Below are positions 54,850 to 63,887 of a DNA stretch of 64,000 nucleotides, piece after piece; the first letter of the stretch is position 1; every line of letters starts with the position of its first letter. The translations under genes and the position numbers were made by a program. The stretch comes from Candidatus Dormiibacterota bacterium (GTDB lineage: Bacteria > Chloroflexota > Dormibacteria > Aeolococcales > Aeolococcaceae): positions 288,001-352,000 of the forward strand of contig CAVPXI010000004.1 of the NCBI GenBank assembly GCA_963709585.1. The letters are read 5' to 3'. The notes beneath the pieces were generated by a model. It ran no database searches. It had not been told where the DNA came from and saw only the letters and a list, made by a program, of their open reading frames with translations.

Positions 54850-55842
54850 ATGGATCTTTCCGTCGGCCGGCTCCTCACCCTCATCGAGCTGCTCCAGGTT
54901 TATCGCCAGCTCAACGCTGAGGAAATCGCGAGCCGGCTCGAGGTGAGCCCGCGCACGGTGCGTCGTTACATCACCGGCCTGCAGGAGATGGGCATCCCGG
55001 TGGAGACCGAACGCGGGCCCGCCGGCGGTTACCGGCTTCGGCGTGGCTTCAAGCTTCCTCCGCTGATGCTGAGCAACGAGGAGGCACTGGTCATCATCAT
55101 CGGTCTCCTGGCAGCCCAGCGACTTGGGCTTTCAGCATCCGGCTCGCCGGTCCAGAGTGCCCTCACCAAGCTCGACCGCCTCCTGCCCGAAGCGCAGCGT
55201 GCTCAGGTCCAGGCGATGCAGGATTTCGTCAGTCTCGGGCTCTCTCCGGTCGCCAGGGACCACGCCGATGCCGCCACGATTCTCCGTCTGGGCACCGCCG
55301 CACGGGATCGCACGGCGATTCGTCTGACATACCGCTCGGCAGCGGGTGAAGTGACGGAGCGCGTCGTTGATCCGTATGGGGTCGCGTTCCAGAGCGGCCG
55401 TTGGTATCTGGTCAGCTGGGACCACTACCGGAGCGCGATGCGAACGTTCCGCCTCGACCGCATGCTGGCGACCGAGGCTATGACCGACACCTTCCAGCGG
55501 CCCGAGAATTTCGACGTCGTCGCCTACCTGCACCAGGCGCTCGCGGAGGCGGTGTACGGAACGCGCTGCGAGGTCCTGCTCTCCCTCACCCTCGAGGAGG
55601 CGAGGCGTCGCGTTTCACCGACCGACGGCACGCTCGAGGAGGCTGAAGAAGGCACGGTGCTCAGCTTCAGCGCAGACGACTTCGACTGGGCGGCCGCGTA
55701 TCTGGCCGGCCTTGAGTGCGACCTGGTGGTTCTGCACCCCCCCGAGCTTCGCGCGTCGTTGCGCACGATTGCGGGACGGTTGCGAGCGGCAGCTCGCAGT
55801 CCGAAGCGCCGTCGCGCCGGTGTTCTGCCTGGTTCAGGGTGA
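54850..55842 (+). CDS. HTH-WYL-WCX transcriptional regulator (YafY-like)
   Basis: HTH VSPRTVRRYI, GGYRL, LPPLM, WYL, RTFRLDR. Confidence 0.93.
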   Translation: MDLSVGRLLTLIELLQVYRQLNAEEIASRLEVSPRTVRRYITGLQEMGIPVETERGPAGGYRLRRGFKLPPLMLSNEEALVIIIGLLAAQRLGLSASGSPVQSALTKLDRLLPEAQRAQVQAMQDFVSLGLSPVARDHADAATILRLGTAARDRTAIRLTYRSAAGEVTERVVDPYGVAFQSGRWYLVSWDHYRSAMRTFRLDRMLATEAMTDTFQRPENFDVVAYLHQALAEAVYGTRCEVLLSLTLEEARRRVSPTDGTLEEAEEGTVLSFSADDFDWAAAYLAGLECDLVVLHPPELRASLRTIAGRLRAAARSPKRRRAGVLPGSG

Positions 55843-55921
55843 CCCCGTCATCCATCAGAGGACAAATGCACAGTGCTCCTAAGGGGGGTTCTCAGAACGT
55901 CCACACACAACAAGAATTTTC

Positions 55922-55950
55922 TTGACTGGGCGCCGGATGCGTGGTATTGT
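55922..55950 (+). promoter_or_regulatory. Sigma70-type promoter
   Basis: TTGACT-17-TATTGT with extended TG. Confidence 0.6.
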
Positions 55951-56118
55951 TGTTGCTAACGTTCGATCTCCGGGGTGAAAGCCCGTCCGCTGGGATCGAG
56001 CGACGCAGTTGGAGAGAAGTTCGCGCGGGTAGTGCGTTTTAGCTGGGCTTGCCCCGCCATCGCCCATACTGCGGATCCGGCCGTGAGCCGATTGCGGCAA
56101 CCGCTGACGAGTGAGCAC

Positions 56119-56361
56119 ATGACTGATACGCCACCTCCCGACAAGCCTCCCGAGCACGAGAAGAGTTGGCTGCGTCGCTTCGAGGACGCAGTCCACGACC
56201 GCCTGCTCGCGGCCGAGGTCGCGGCTGAGGAGGCCGCAGGATACGGCTCCCTCACGGCGGCACGAGAGGCTGCCGAGACCGCCGCCAACCCGGAGCACGA
56301 GCTCGGTGGCGATGACGAGGCCGACGCCGCCGATTCAGGCTCCGAGCACCCCGCGGAATAG
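56119..56361 (+). CDS. Small acidic hypothetical protein
   Basis: 80-aa ORF MTDTPPPDK... Confidence 0.55.
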   Translation: MTDTPPPDKPPEHEKSWLRRFEDAVHDRLLAAEVAAEEAAGYGSLTAAREAAETAANPEHELGGDDEADAADSGSEHPAE

Positions 56362-56372
56362 AGCCCCCGCCC

Positions 56373-57218
56373 GTGTGGTGGGACGAGCGCAGGCCCGGCG
56401 GGACGATCCGGTCGCTGGTTTTCCTCGGCCACCCCGGTCCGTCATTGCTGGTGGCCGGGGTGCTGGTGGCAATCGCCGGTCTGGCTGGTCACGGCCTGCA
56501 GGAGGGCACGCGGGTCCTGCAGTTGGTGGGTGCAATGCTGCCGGTCCAACTCTGCATCGGCGTCATCAACGACGTTGTCGACCTGCCCGCCGATGCCGTC
56601 GCAAAACCCCACAAGCCGCTGGTGCGGGGGGTGGTCAACCGATCGACCGCGATTGGCATCGGGGTGGTGCTCGGCGCGATTGGGCTCGGGATCGCGGCCA
56701 CCATCAACACAGCGACCCTCGGGCTGGACGCCCTCGCTCTCGCCGCGGGTCTCGCCTACGACCTGGGATTGCGCCGGACTCCACTCTCGTGGGTCCCCTG
56801 GTGGGGCGGAATGGCCGTCCTCCCGCTCGAGGGATACGCCTCGGTCGGGTCAATCCCATCGCGGCTGCTCGTCCTGCTTCCGCTGTCCGGCCTGATCGCG
56901 ATCGGGCTCCATTTCGCCAACGCGCTGCCGGACATCAACGACGACCGGCTCGCGGGCCGCCGCAGCCTCCCGGTCGTGGTGGGGGTGGACCGCTCGCGAT
57001 CGGCCGGGCCGATCGTCCTCGCCGCCGCCGGACTGCTCGCGCTCCTCATCGCCGGTCCCCTGGGCCAGGCTGGAATCGTCTTATTCAGTGGTGTCGGGGT
57101 GCTGGCCATCGGCGTCTTAGCGGTCGTCGCGACACGCTCGCCGAGGCCGTTTCCGATACTGGCTGTGACCACCGCAGTCTTTGCGATCGCATGGCTGGCG
57201 TCACTGCCACGCGCCTGA
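56373..57218 (+). CDS. UbiA family prenyltransferase
   Basis: NDVVD..AD...K.HKPL..G and second motif N...D...D...G; multiple TM helices. Confidence 0.85.
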   Translation: MWWDERRPGGTIRSLVFLGHPGPSLLVAGVLVAIAGLAGHGLQEGTRVLQLVGAMLPVQLCIGVINDVVDLPADAVAKPHKPLVRGVVNRSTAIGIGVVLGAIGLGIAATINTATLGLDALALAAGLAYDLGLRRTPLSWVPWWGGMAVLPLEGYASVGSIPSRLLVLLPLSGLIAIGLHFANALPDINDDRLAGRRSLPVVVGVDRSRSAGPIVLAAAGLLALLIAGPLGQAGIVLFSGVGVLAIGVLAVVATRSPRPFPILAVTTAVFAIAWLASLPRA

Positions 57219-57253
57219 TCCCGGTGCGACGCCTTGGTACCATCGCCCGGCGT

Positions 57254-57325
57254 GCCCAAGTAGCTCAGTGGTAGAGCAACGCCTTGGTAAGGCGTAGGCC
57301 GTGAGTTCAATCCTCACCTTGGGCT
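57254..57325 (+). tRNA. tRNA-Thr(GGT)
   Basis: GCCCAAGTAGCTCAGTGG...TTGGTAA...GTTCAATC..CTTGGGCT cloverleaf. Confidence 0.95.
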
Positions 57326-57386
57326 ATACGGAATCAGCTTTGTGAGGCCTTGACGTACCCCCGCTGGCACCCCCACACTACCCGCT

Positions 57387-58448
57387 ATGGGGCGTTCAGC
57401 AGACGGCTCGGGGCACCTACGCAAGCGCAAGGACGGCCTCTACGAAGTCCGTGTGCGGCGTGACGGAAAGCGGATCAGCTACTACGGTCAGACCCAGGGT
57501 GAGGCGCTCAGGAAGGCTGTGGCTCCGAAGCAGTCCCGCGAGCAACTTCACGCGTTCCTGCGTGAATGGCTTGAGAAGAAACGAGGCACCATCCGGGCGT
57601 CCACGTGGAGACGATATGAAACGACGGTTCGTTGCTCCTTGCTCCCGAACCTGCCCGACATCCGGCTCGGCGCCCTGACAACCTCGCACGTCGAGGACCT
57701 GAATGAAGAGACACTCGGGAGCGCGTCCCTCGCCCGCAAAGCTCGCGTCGTCCTGCACACGGCGATGGAGTACGCGGTGGACACGCACCGCATCCCGGCC
57801 AACCCCTGCCACTCCCGCGCGCTGCGCCTATCCGTCACCGGGCGCGACTGGGTGATCCTCGACCGCGATGAAACCCGCCGACTGCTTGAGGCCGCGAAGA
57901 CCCAGCCCGCGTACGAAGCCCTGTACGTGCTCGCGGTCACCATCGGGGCACGGGTGGGCGAACTGTGCGCCCTACGCTGGCGGGACATTGACCTTGACGC
58001 CGGAACGCTCAAGGTGAACGCCACCGTCAACAGGGGTGAGGACAATCGACTCGCTAGGCTGACGGTGAAGACGGAGCGGGCACGACGGACGATTCGGCTG
58101 CCGGACATAGCCGTCGAAGCCTTGCGGCGGACTCCACGCGATCAGGGCGGGACGCTCGTGGGTCATCGTGATCTCGTGTTCAAAGGTAGCGACGAGTACC
58201 TTGACCCGAGCGAGGTGACAAAGCGCCATTTCGCGGACGTGCTTGACGCCGCTGGACTGCCGCCGATGACCATGCACGACCTTCGCCACACCTACATCAC
58301 GAACGCCCTTGAGGATGGAGTGATGCCGCACACCGTCAGCGAGATCGTCGGGCACAGCAGCGCGGCCTTTACTTTGTCTCGCTATGCCTCAGTCACTCGC
58401 GGGATGCACGAGACGGCGGTAGAGGCGACGAACCGCCGCTACTCGTGA
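57387..58448 (+). CDS. Tyrosine integrase
   Basis: GSG..RKDG arm, GARVGELCALRW, HDLRH, VGHS, RY. Confidence 0.94.
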   Translation: MGRSADGSGHLRKRKDGLYEVRVRRDGKRISYYGQTQGEALRKAVAPKQSREQLHAFLREWLEKKRGTIRASTWRRYETTVRCSLLPNLPDIRLGALTTSHVEDLNEETLGSASLARKARVVLHTAMEYAVDTHRIPANPCHSRALRLSVTGRDWVILDRDETRRLLEAAKTQPAYEALYVLAVTIGARVGELCALRWRDIDLDAGTLKVNATVNRGEDNRLARLTVKTERARRTIRLPDIAVEALRRTPRDQGGTLVGHRDLVFKGSDEYLDPSEVTKRHFADVLDAAGLPPMTMHDLRHTYITNALEDGVMPHTVSEIVGHSSAAFTLSRYASVTRGMHETAVEATNRRYS

Positions 58449-58568
58449 GCTAGGCATGCATCCGCCACTGGCGCTGATGCCGTCGGACCCAGCGGCCTGT
58501 CATAAGGCTCCCGGATCGTTACGGCGGCCTCTGTGTGAGGGCTGGGGCGAAGAGGGTATAACGGTGGC

Positions 58569-58817
58569 ATGGCACTGGAACAGGAAGCGGCGTACTTTGA
58601 CGCCCATAAAGACGAACTCCTTCAGCACTACCGTGGCCAGTACGCGCTCATCCACGGCGATGAACTTCTTGGCACGTTCACGCAGTTCCAAGAGGCGTTC
58701 GAGGCTGGTATTTCGAAGGTCGGGAACACGGCTTTCCTGATCCGGCAGGTTCTCGATGACAACCCAACTGTCCAATTCCCCGCGTTGGCCGTTGGGATGA
58801 TCAGTGCCCACCCATAA
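58569..58817 (+). CDS. DUF5678-like small protein
   Basis: YF.....LL..Y.GQYALI.G...G.F....A...G. Confidence 0.75.
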   Translation: MALEQEAAYFDAHKDELLQHYRGQYALIHGDELLGTFTQFQEAFEAGISKVGNTAFLIRQVLDDNPTVQFPALAVGMISAHP

Positions 58818-59289
58818 CCACTTCCTCTCATCGGCTGCTTCTGGCGGCAAACCGGATGCCGAGGCCCTGGCGGTGGTCGGGGCGTTTCTGATCATGGACG
58901 TACAGGTGCCGCCTGTTGTCGCGACCGCACTCACAGATGCGGGCGAGCCTGTTCCCCCCTCTTCATCCGGGGTGGCGCTGGTCGATACAGGCGCGACGTT
59001 TACGTGCGTAGACGAACCGATCCTGACTGGCCTGGGCCTTCACCCTGTGGGCACCGTGGCTTCTGGCACAGCGGCGGGGCCGGTTCAGCAATCGCTCTAT
59101 GTGGCCCGCATTACCTTTCCGATATGGGCCTGGACTATGGACATACAAGTCGTAGGGGTTGATCTGAGCGGCCAAATCCTTCTCACCGATCCGCCGCAAC
59201 GGCCGATTGCGCTGCTGGGACGCAACCTGCTCAAGTTCTGCGTTCTCATCTGGAACGGACCGGGCGGGTTCTGGACCATCACCCAGTAG
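58804..59289 (+). CDS. Retropepsin-like aspartic protease
   Basis: ALVDTGA and LLGRNLL motifs. Confidence 0.88.
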   Translation: MPTHNHFLSSAASGGKPDAEALAVVGAFLIMDVQVPPVVATALTDAGEPVPPSSSGVALVDTGATFTCVDEPILTGLGLHPVGTVASGTAAGPVQQSLYVARITFPIWAWTMDIQVVGVDLSGQILLTDPPQRPIALLGRNLLKFCVLIWNGPGGFWTITQ

Positions 59290-59316
59290 CGGTGCGGGTG
59301 ATCCGCTAGCCGAGGA

Positions 59317-59484
59317 CTAGCCGCGCTTGCGCAGATCCTCGACCTGTTCGGCCAGCGTCTTGACTTGCGCCTCTAGCGGTCGAATGACATTGCGGACGAG
59401 TTTCGCGATTTCGCGCTCGACCAGATCCTTTATGGCTTCAGCTACGTCCTCGGGACCAGCAGCATCGGGTTCTTGATCTGTCAT
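59317..59484 (-). CDS. 55-aa coiled-coil protein (absent from the ORF track)
   Basis: MTDQEPDAAGPEDVAEAIKDLVEREIAKLVRNVIRPLEAQVKTLAEQVEDLRKRG. Confidence 0.5.
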   Translation of the reverse strand: MTDQEPDAAGPEDVAEAIKDLVEREIAKLVRNVIRPLEAQVKTLAEQVEDLRKRG

Positions 59485-59708
59485 GCGGTCGATTGTAGGC
59501 GTGTCAGATTCTCAGGTCTGACTGCTCGCCCGGTCCCTCTTGCTCGCGGCGCCCGGCTGTGGGTGACGGGAGAGCAATTCGGTCATCCGCCGAGGCGCGG
59601 TATAGTGACCCACGCGCCGCCGCACATGGCAACATATGGGACCGAACAAATGATCGGACCACATCATGTTGTGGTGTCTTAGACGGGAATCTTTGGTAGG
59701 AGCGCACC

Positions 59709-60704
59709 TTGGCGGGTCAACTCAGCGTTCTTGAACTCTGCGCTGGAGCAGGCGGTCAGTCCCTCGGACTTGAACAAGCCGGATTTACCCACGCGGCCGC
59801 CGTCGAGATTGAACCTATCTACGCTGAAACCCTGCGCGACAATCGGCCAGCTTGGCGCGTTCTCACCGCCGACATACGAGAGTTGAGTGGTCGTGCCTTC
59901 AAGGGGGTCGATCTCCTAGCGGGCGGCGTGCCGTGCCCGCCCTTCTCGATTGCCGGGAAGCAGCTCGGCGCCGATGACGACCGCGACCTGTTCCCTACCG
60001 CCCTTCGCCTTGTCGCTGAGGCAAGACCCCAGGCTGTGATGCTGGAGAACGTGCGCGGGCTCAGCGGGGCACGGTTCATCGACTACCGCCAACGGATCCT
60101 CGCCAAGCTCTATCAGCTTGGCTACGACCCGCACTGGCAGGTCCTCAATGCCTCGCAATTCGGGGTCCCCCAGCTCCGACCTCGTTTCATCCTCGTAGCC
60201 CTTCGCCAGAAGCACGCAAGGCACTTCCACTGGCCCGACACTCAGGGACCGCCCCCCACTGTTGGGCAGAAAGTGGGCGACCTGATGGCCGAGCGGGGCT
60301 GGCCAGGAGCGACGCGTTGGGCAGCTCAAGCGAACGGGATAGCCCCTACTATCGTCGGCGGGTCCGTCAAGCACGGCGGACCCGATCTCGGTCCAACGCG
60401 TGCCCGTGCCGAGTGGCTTCGGATGGGTGTGGACGGACTGGGACTTGCGAACGAGGCTCCGGGGCCTGAGATGCCGTCCAGTTTCATCCCCAAGCTGACG
60501 CTCCGTATGGTGGCCCGCTTGCAGGGGTTCCCCGATGACTGGCGCTTCGCCGGGAAGAAGACCGCCGCATACCGACAAATCGGAAACGCCTTTCCCCCGC
60601 CGGTTGCCGCTGCTGTGGGTCGCAGCATCTCCTCGGCGATTTTCGGTCTGCATACTCCCGTCGTAACTGAGGCTCAGGACACGCGCGAGCTAGTCCTCAT
60701 CTGA
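59709..60704 (+). CDS. DNA (cytosine-5)-methyltransferase, M.NaeI/M.NgoMIV-like
   Basis: CAGAGG, GGVPCPPFS, ENV, PQLRPR, TRD HGGPDLGPTRA, QIGNA. Confidence 0.93.
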   Translation: MAGQLSVLELCAGAGGQSLGLEQAGFTHAAAVEIEPIYAETLRDNRPAWRVLTADIRELSGRAFKGVDLLAGGVPCPPFSIAGKQLGADDDRDLFPTALRLVAEARPQAVMLENVRGLSGARFIDYRQRILAKLYQLGYDPHWQVLNASQFGVPQLRPRFILVALRQKHARHFHWPDTQGPPPTVGQKVGDLMAERGWPGATRWAAQANGIAPTIVGGSVKHGGPDLGPTRARAEWLRMGVDGLGLANEAPGPEMPSSFIPKLTLRMVARLQGFPDDWRFAGKKTAAYRQIGNAFPPPVAAAVGRSISSAIFGLHTPVVTEAQDTRELVLI

Positions 60705-60707
60705 GAA

Positions 60708-61575
60708 ATGCCGAGCCTCAAGGACAGAGCGTTCGTCACCCGCGCGTTCTACGACGACTGCATCTGGCCGCAAGGTAGTCCGCGATTGGAAGACGCCTGG
60801 CTAGGGATCTACCAGATGTTGCTCTGGTACGCGCACGGTTACATTCACATCCGCGAAGCAAACGATCTGGCACGCAACGCAACGTGGCAGCAGCGTGCCA
60901 CCCGAGCAGAGGCGTATATCGCCAGCGCGTTGAGCCTTCCGCCCGACAGCCTGCCAGCGCACGTGGACAAGATGATGCAGTTGCCACGGTGGCAGGATGT
61001 TGTGAAGGACAAGGGCACAACGATGACCTGCCCGCATTGCGGCAAGGACTTCTTGGTGCCGAAAGAAGGGCAGCGGAATAACCCGCTAGGAAATGGTCTC
61101 CGAATATTGACAGCAGAGATACTCCGCAAGTGGGGTGACGAGCGATTCACCTATGAGGAAGAAGTCAAAGCCACCAACTGGTTTCCTGGGATCCAGATGC
61201 CGGGGCGCAGCACGGATCCCAAGATCGATGTGATGGCGCACACCCGGACAAGCGTGCGGGTGATCGTTTCCTGCAAGTGGAGCGGGCGACACGACCGCAT
61301 GAGTGACGTTACAAATGAGTGCCAGCAGTACCGAGCAGCAGCGATGCAACTTCAGAACACAGATCTTCAGCACTTCGTGATCACTAACGAGCTGGATGGT
61401 CAGCGGACGGACAAGATACTCAACCAGCGATGCATCAGTGGACTGGTGATGGTTCACCTGCCCTTGGCTCAGGTAATGGGCACGACAACGCAGATGATGG
61501 AGCAAGAGATCGCCAGCGGACGGCTCCTCGATCTCACTGACTTCGTGAAGCTCGACGCGCACCTGGACGGTGTGA
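60708..61575 (+). CDS. Putative type II restriction endonuclease (NgoMIV/Cfr10I-like); reads through into vsr as assembled
   Basis: KIDV...SCKWSGRHDR motif; located between the MTase and vsr; 3' end uncertain. Confidence 0.7.
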
Positions 61576-61577
61576 TT

Positions 61578-62000
61578 GTGGCCGACTGGCTCACGGCCGA
61601 ACAACGCACACGCAACATGGCGGCAATCAGGTCTTCCGGCACCTCGCCGGAGAAACGACTAGGCGTTGCGCTTCGCGTCGCGTTTCCACGGCGACACATC
61701 GTGAAAAATGCATCGCAGCTTCCGGGTCGACCGGACTACTACCTTCCCGGCTTGCGACTGGCCGTGTTTGCCGATGGCTGCTTCTGGCACTGCTGTCCCA
61801 CCCATGGGCGTCTACCAAGCGACAACCGCGACTATTGGGAGCCGAAGCTGAGCCGCAACGTTTCTCGCGACCGAGAAGCTGCGACAGCCTTGCGCAACAT
61901 GGGCATCCAGCCAATGCGACTGTGGGAGCACGAACTCGGGAAGCGAACAATGGACGCAACTATTCACCAGATCCAGGTAGCGGCAGCGGAGCGTCTGTAG
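61578..62000 (+). CDS. vsr: Very short patch repair endonuclease
   Basis: RNMAAIRS..TSPE, LPGRPD, FADGCFWH, YW..K...N..RD, WE. Confidence 0.93.
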   Translation: MADWLTAEQRTRNMAAIRSSGTSPEKRLGVALRVAFPRRHIVKNASQLPGRPDYYLPGLRLAVFADGCFWHCCPTHGRLPSDNRDYWEPKLSRNVSRDREAATALRNMGIQPMRLWEHELGKRTMDATIHQIQVAAAERL

Positions 62001-62008
62001 GTAGAGCG

Positions 62009-62797
62009 ATGGAGCGGGAGCAGGCATGGGCCACTGCCACCTTCGGTGTGGCTGCCGCGCTGGTCGTGGCGGCAATCGCCGTTACGAGCTATGGATTGCC
62101 GCTGATCATTGCAGCGGCAGTGCTCTTGGCAGTCTCCGGACTTCTCTTCCGTCGCGACCTACGCTCGCGTCCCCGCTTGGTCATTGGTGAACCCACCGCC
62201 GAGATCAGAGGTGTAACTCATGAGCCAAGCGGCCGTCAGAGCCAGATGATGAGTACGACTACAACCACCGTCTACATGAGCAGCATCGACGTGAGCGAGA
62301 TGGCTCTGACGGGGTTCGACCCAACGCGGCAGGGTAAGCGACGCGACAGTAGTCTCTTCGGCACTTACGTCCGCATATCCAACCAACCGCAGGTCGCGGG
62401 GCGCGATGCCGAGAACGTCGTTACAAGGCTGCGCTTTGAGGCATCCGATGGAACCGTCACGGAGATGCATGGACGTTGGTCGCAACTACCGCAGCACGGC
62501 GATCCCGAGCGCACCTTGGAAGCTGAGGGGATCACGATACCGAGCAATGGCGAAAGGAAGTGGCTTGACGTCGCTATCAAGTACCAGGACGACGAGATTT
62601 GCTATGCCTTCAATGACGAAAACCGCTTCCGCAGCCGCGACCTTCGCTATCGCCCCTTGGGACCATCACCGATCCGGGTTGAGGTCACTGCGAAGGGCTC
62701 CAATTGCAGGCCAGCTAAGGCCAATTTCACCTTGACGCACTCAGGAAGGAAAAGCGGCCTTTCGATCCGGGCGGGTACCCTGGCGTTGAGCGTCTAG
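62009..62797 (+). CDS. Membrane-anchored hypothetical protein
   Basis: Two N-terminal TM helices followed by a beta-rich domain. Confidence 0.6.
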   Translation: MEREQAWATATFGVAAALVVAAIAVTSYGLPLIIAAAVLLAVSGLLFRRDLRSRPRLVIGEPTAEIRGVTHEPSGRQSQMMSTTTTTVYMSSIDVSEMALTGFDPTRQGKRRDSSLFGTYVRISNQPQVAGRDAENVVTRLRFEASDGTVTEMHGRWSQLPQHGDPERTLEAEGITIPSNGERKWLDVAIKYQDDEICYAFNDENRFRSRDLRYRPLGPSPIRVEVTAKGSNCRPAKANFTLTHSGRKSGLSIRAGTLALSV

Positions 62798-62845
62798 TGC
62801 GGCCTCACAGCGTGTGCGTCCGCACGAGGGTGATGACACTCTGAG

Positions 62846-63154
62846 CTAGGCGGGCGTCCTCGGATCAGGGTCCCTCACCCTTGCCCTGTTGATGAGAATG
62901 TCGTCGTCGGGCGAGCCGACCCAGTACATCCACTCACCGCTGGGATCGTCCCAGTAGCGCGTCACCATCGTGGTGCCGCCCTTCCAGTGCATCGGGGTGC
63001 CATGTGCCCACACGTGTCGAGCAAACGCCGTCCAGGCCGCCTCATCGGCAGCATCAGCCCGACGCGTGTACCAGTGCTCGGCCCACTTGCGGTATGTCCA
63101 TGCATATCGCCATCTGGCCGTCGCTATGAACTCTCTGGTCCCATCCTCGTCCAT
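62846..63154 (-). CDS. Trp-rich hypothetical protein
   Basis: FIATARW..A.T....HWY...YW...INRA; TAGTCT -10 six bases upstream of ATG. Confidence 0.7.
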   Translation of the reverse strand: MDEDGTREFIATARWRYAWTYRKWAEHWYTRRADAADEAAWTAFARHVWAHGTPMHWKGGTTMVTRYWDDPSGEWMYWVGSPDDDILINRARVRDPDPRTPA

Positions 63155-63313
63155 CCCTAGAGACTAACACTCGGAAGCCCGAAGGCCAAAGATGGGACAG
63201 GGTATGGACCTGTTGCACGTTCGTTGTTGCCATCCTTGACAGAATAGCCCATGCTAGTACCCATAAGATGCGCGGCACGGTGTAACCCACCGGCCCGCAC
63301 CGGAGAGACAACC

Positions 63314-63736
63314 GTGGAAACGAACACGCCCCGACCCGAGGTGCGCTCCACCTTCCAGAACCGGCCCGCGTACAGGTACCTTCGAGCGAGCGACAGACTG
63401 CCCACCTACGCCGAACTCCCCGAAGATGACGGCTCAGTCCTCTGCCGTGTACGGCTCTTCAACCCAACCGGGATCGGAACGTGGTGGGTGGCCGCGTATG
63501 ACCCGGACACTCACATCGCTTGGGGTGTCGCGGAGCTACACGAACGGGAGATCGGGAACGCGATAGCCCTGAGCGTCACTGGCCGGTAGTGAAGATCCCG
63601 CTCTATCGGGAGCTTCTCGATGGACGAGTTGACCGAATACCGAGGCCGGTTCGGACTCCCGATGGAGCGGGATCTTCACTACCGGCCAGTGACGCTCAGG
63701 GCTATCGCGTACGGCCGGGAAGGGTTCGTGAGATGA
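63314..63736 (+). pseudogene. DUF2958 protein interrupted by an inverted duplication
   Basis: LFNP.G.GTW...E.E.G / FSMDEL...GLPMERDLHY, with a 54-bp in-frame insert containing TAG TGA. Confidence 0.8.
63558..63710. repeat. Perfect 46-bp inverted repeat with 61-bp spacer
   Basis: 63558-63603 is the reverse complement of 63665-63710. Confidence 0.93.
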
Positions 63737-63887
63737 GCATGACTAGCGTTCTCTTCCACTGCGCGAGAATGTCGGCGGACGGGCGCGCCTGTCGGAAACA
63801 CAGGGTTGTCCATAGGGTGCGGTCACACGTGATCGGTCGCTCGCTGGCACTCGGCGGATTCTGGCGGATGCTTTGGGGTGGATGGCG

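Noticed and set aside
55960-56002. FMN riboswitch
   Set aside because: Only the GGTGAAA-like arm resembles it; other conserved segments and rib genes are absent
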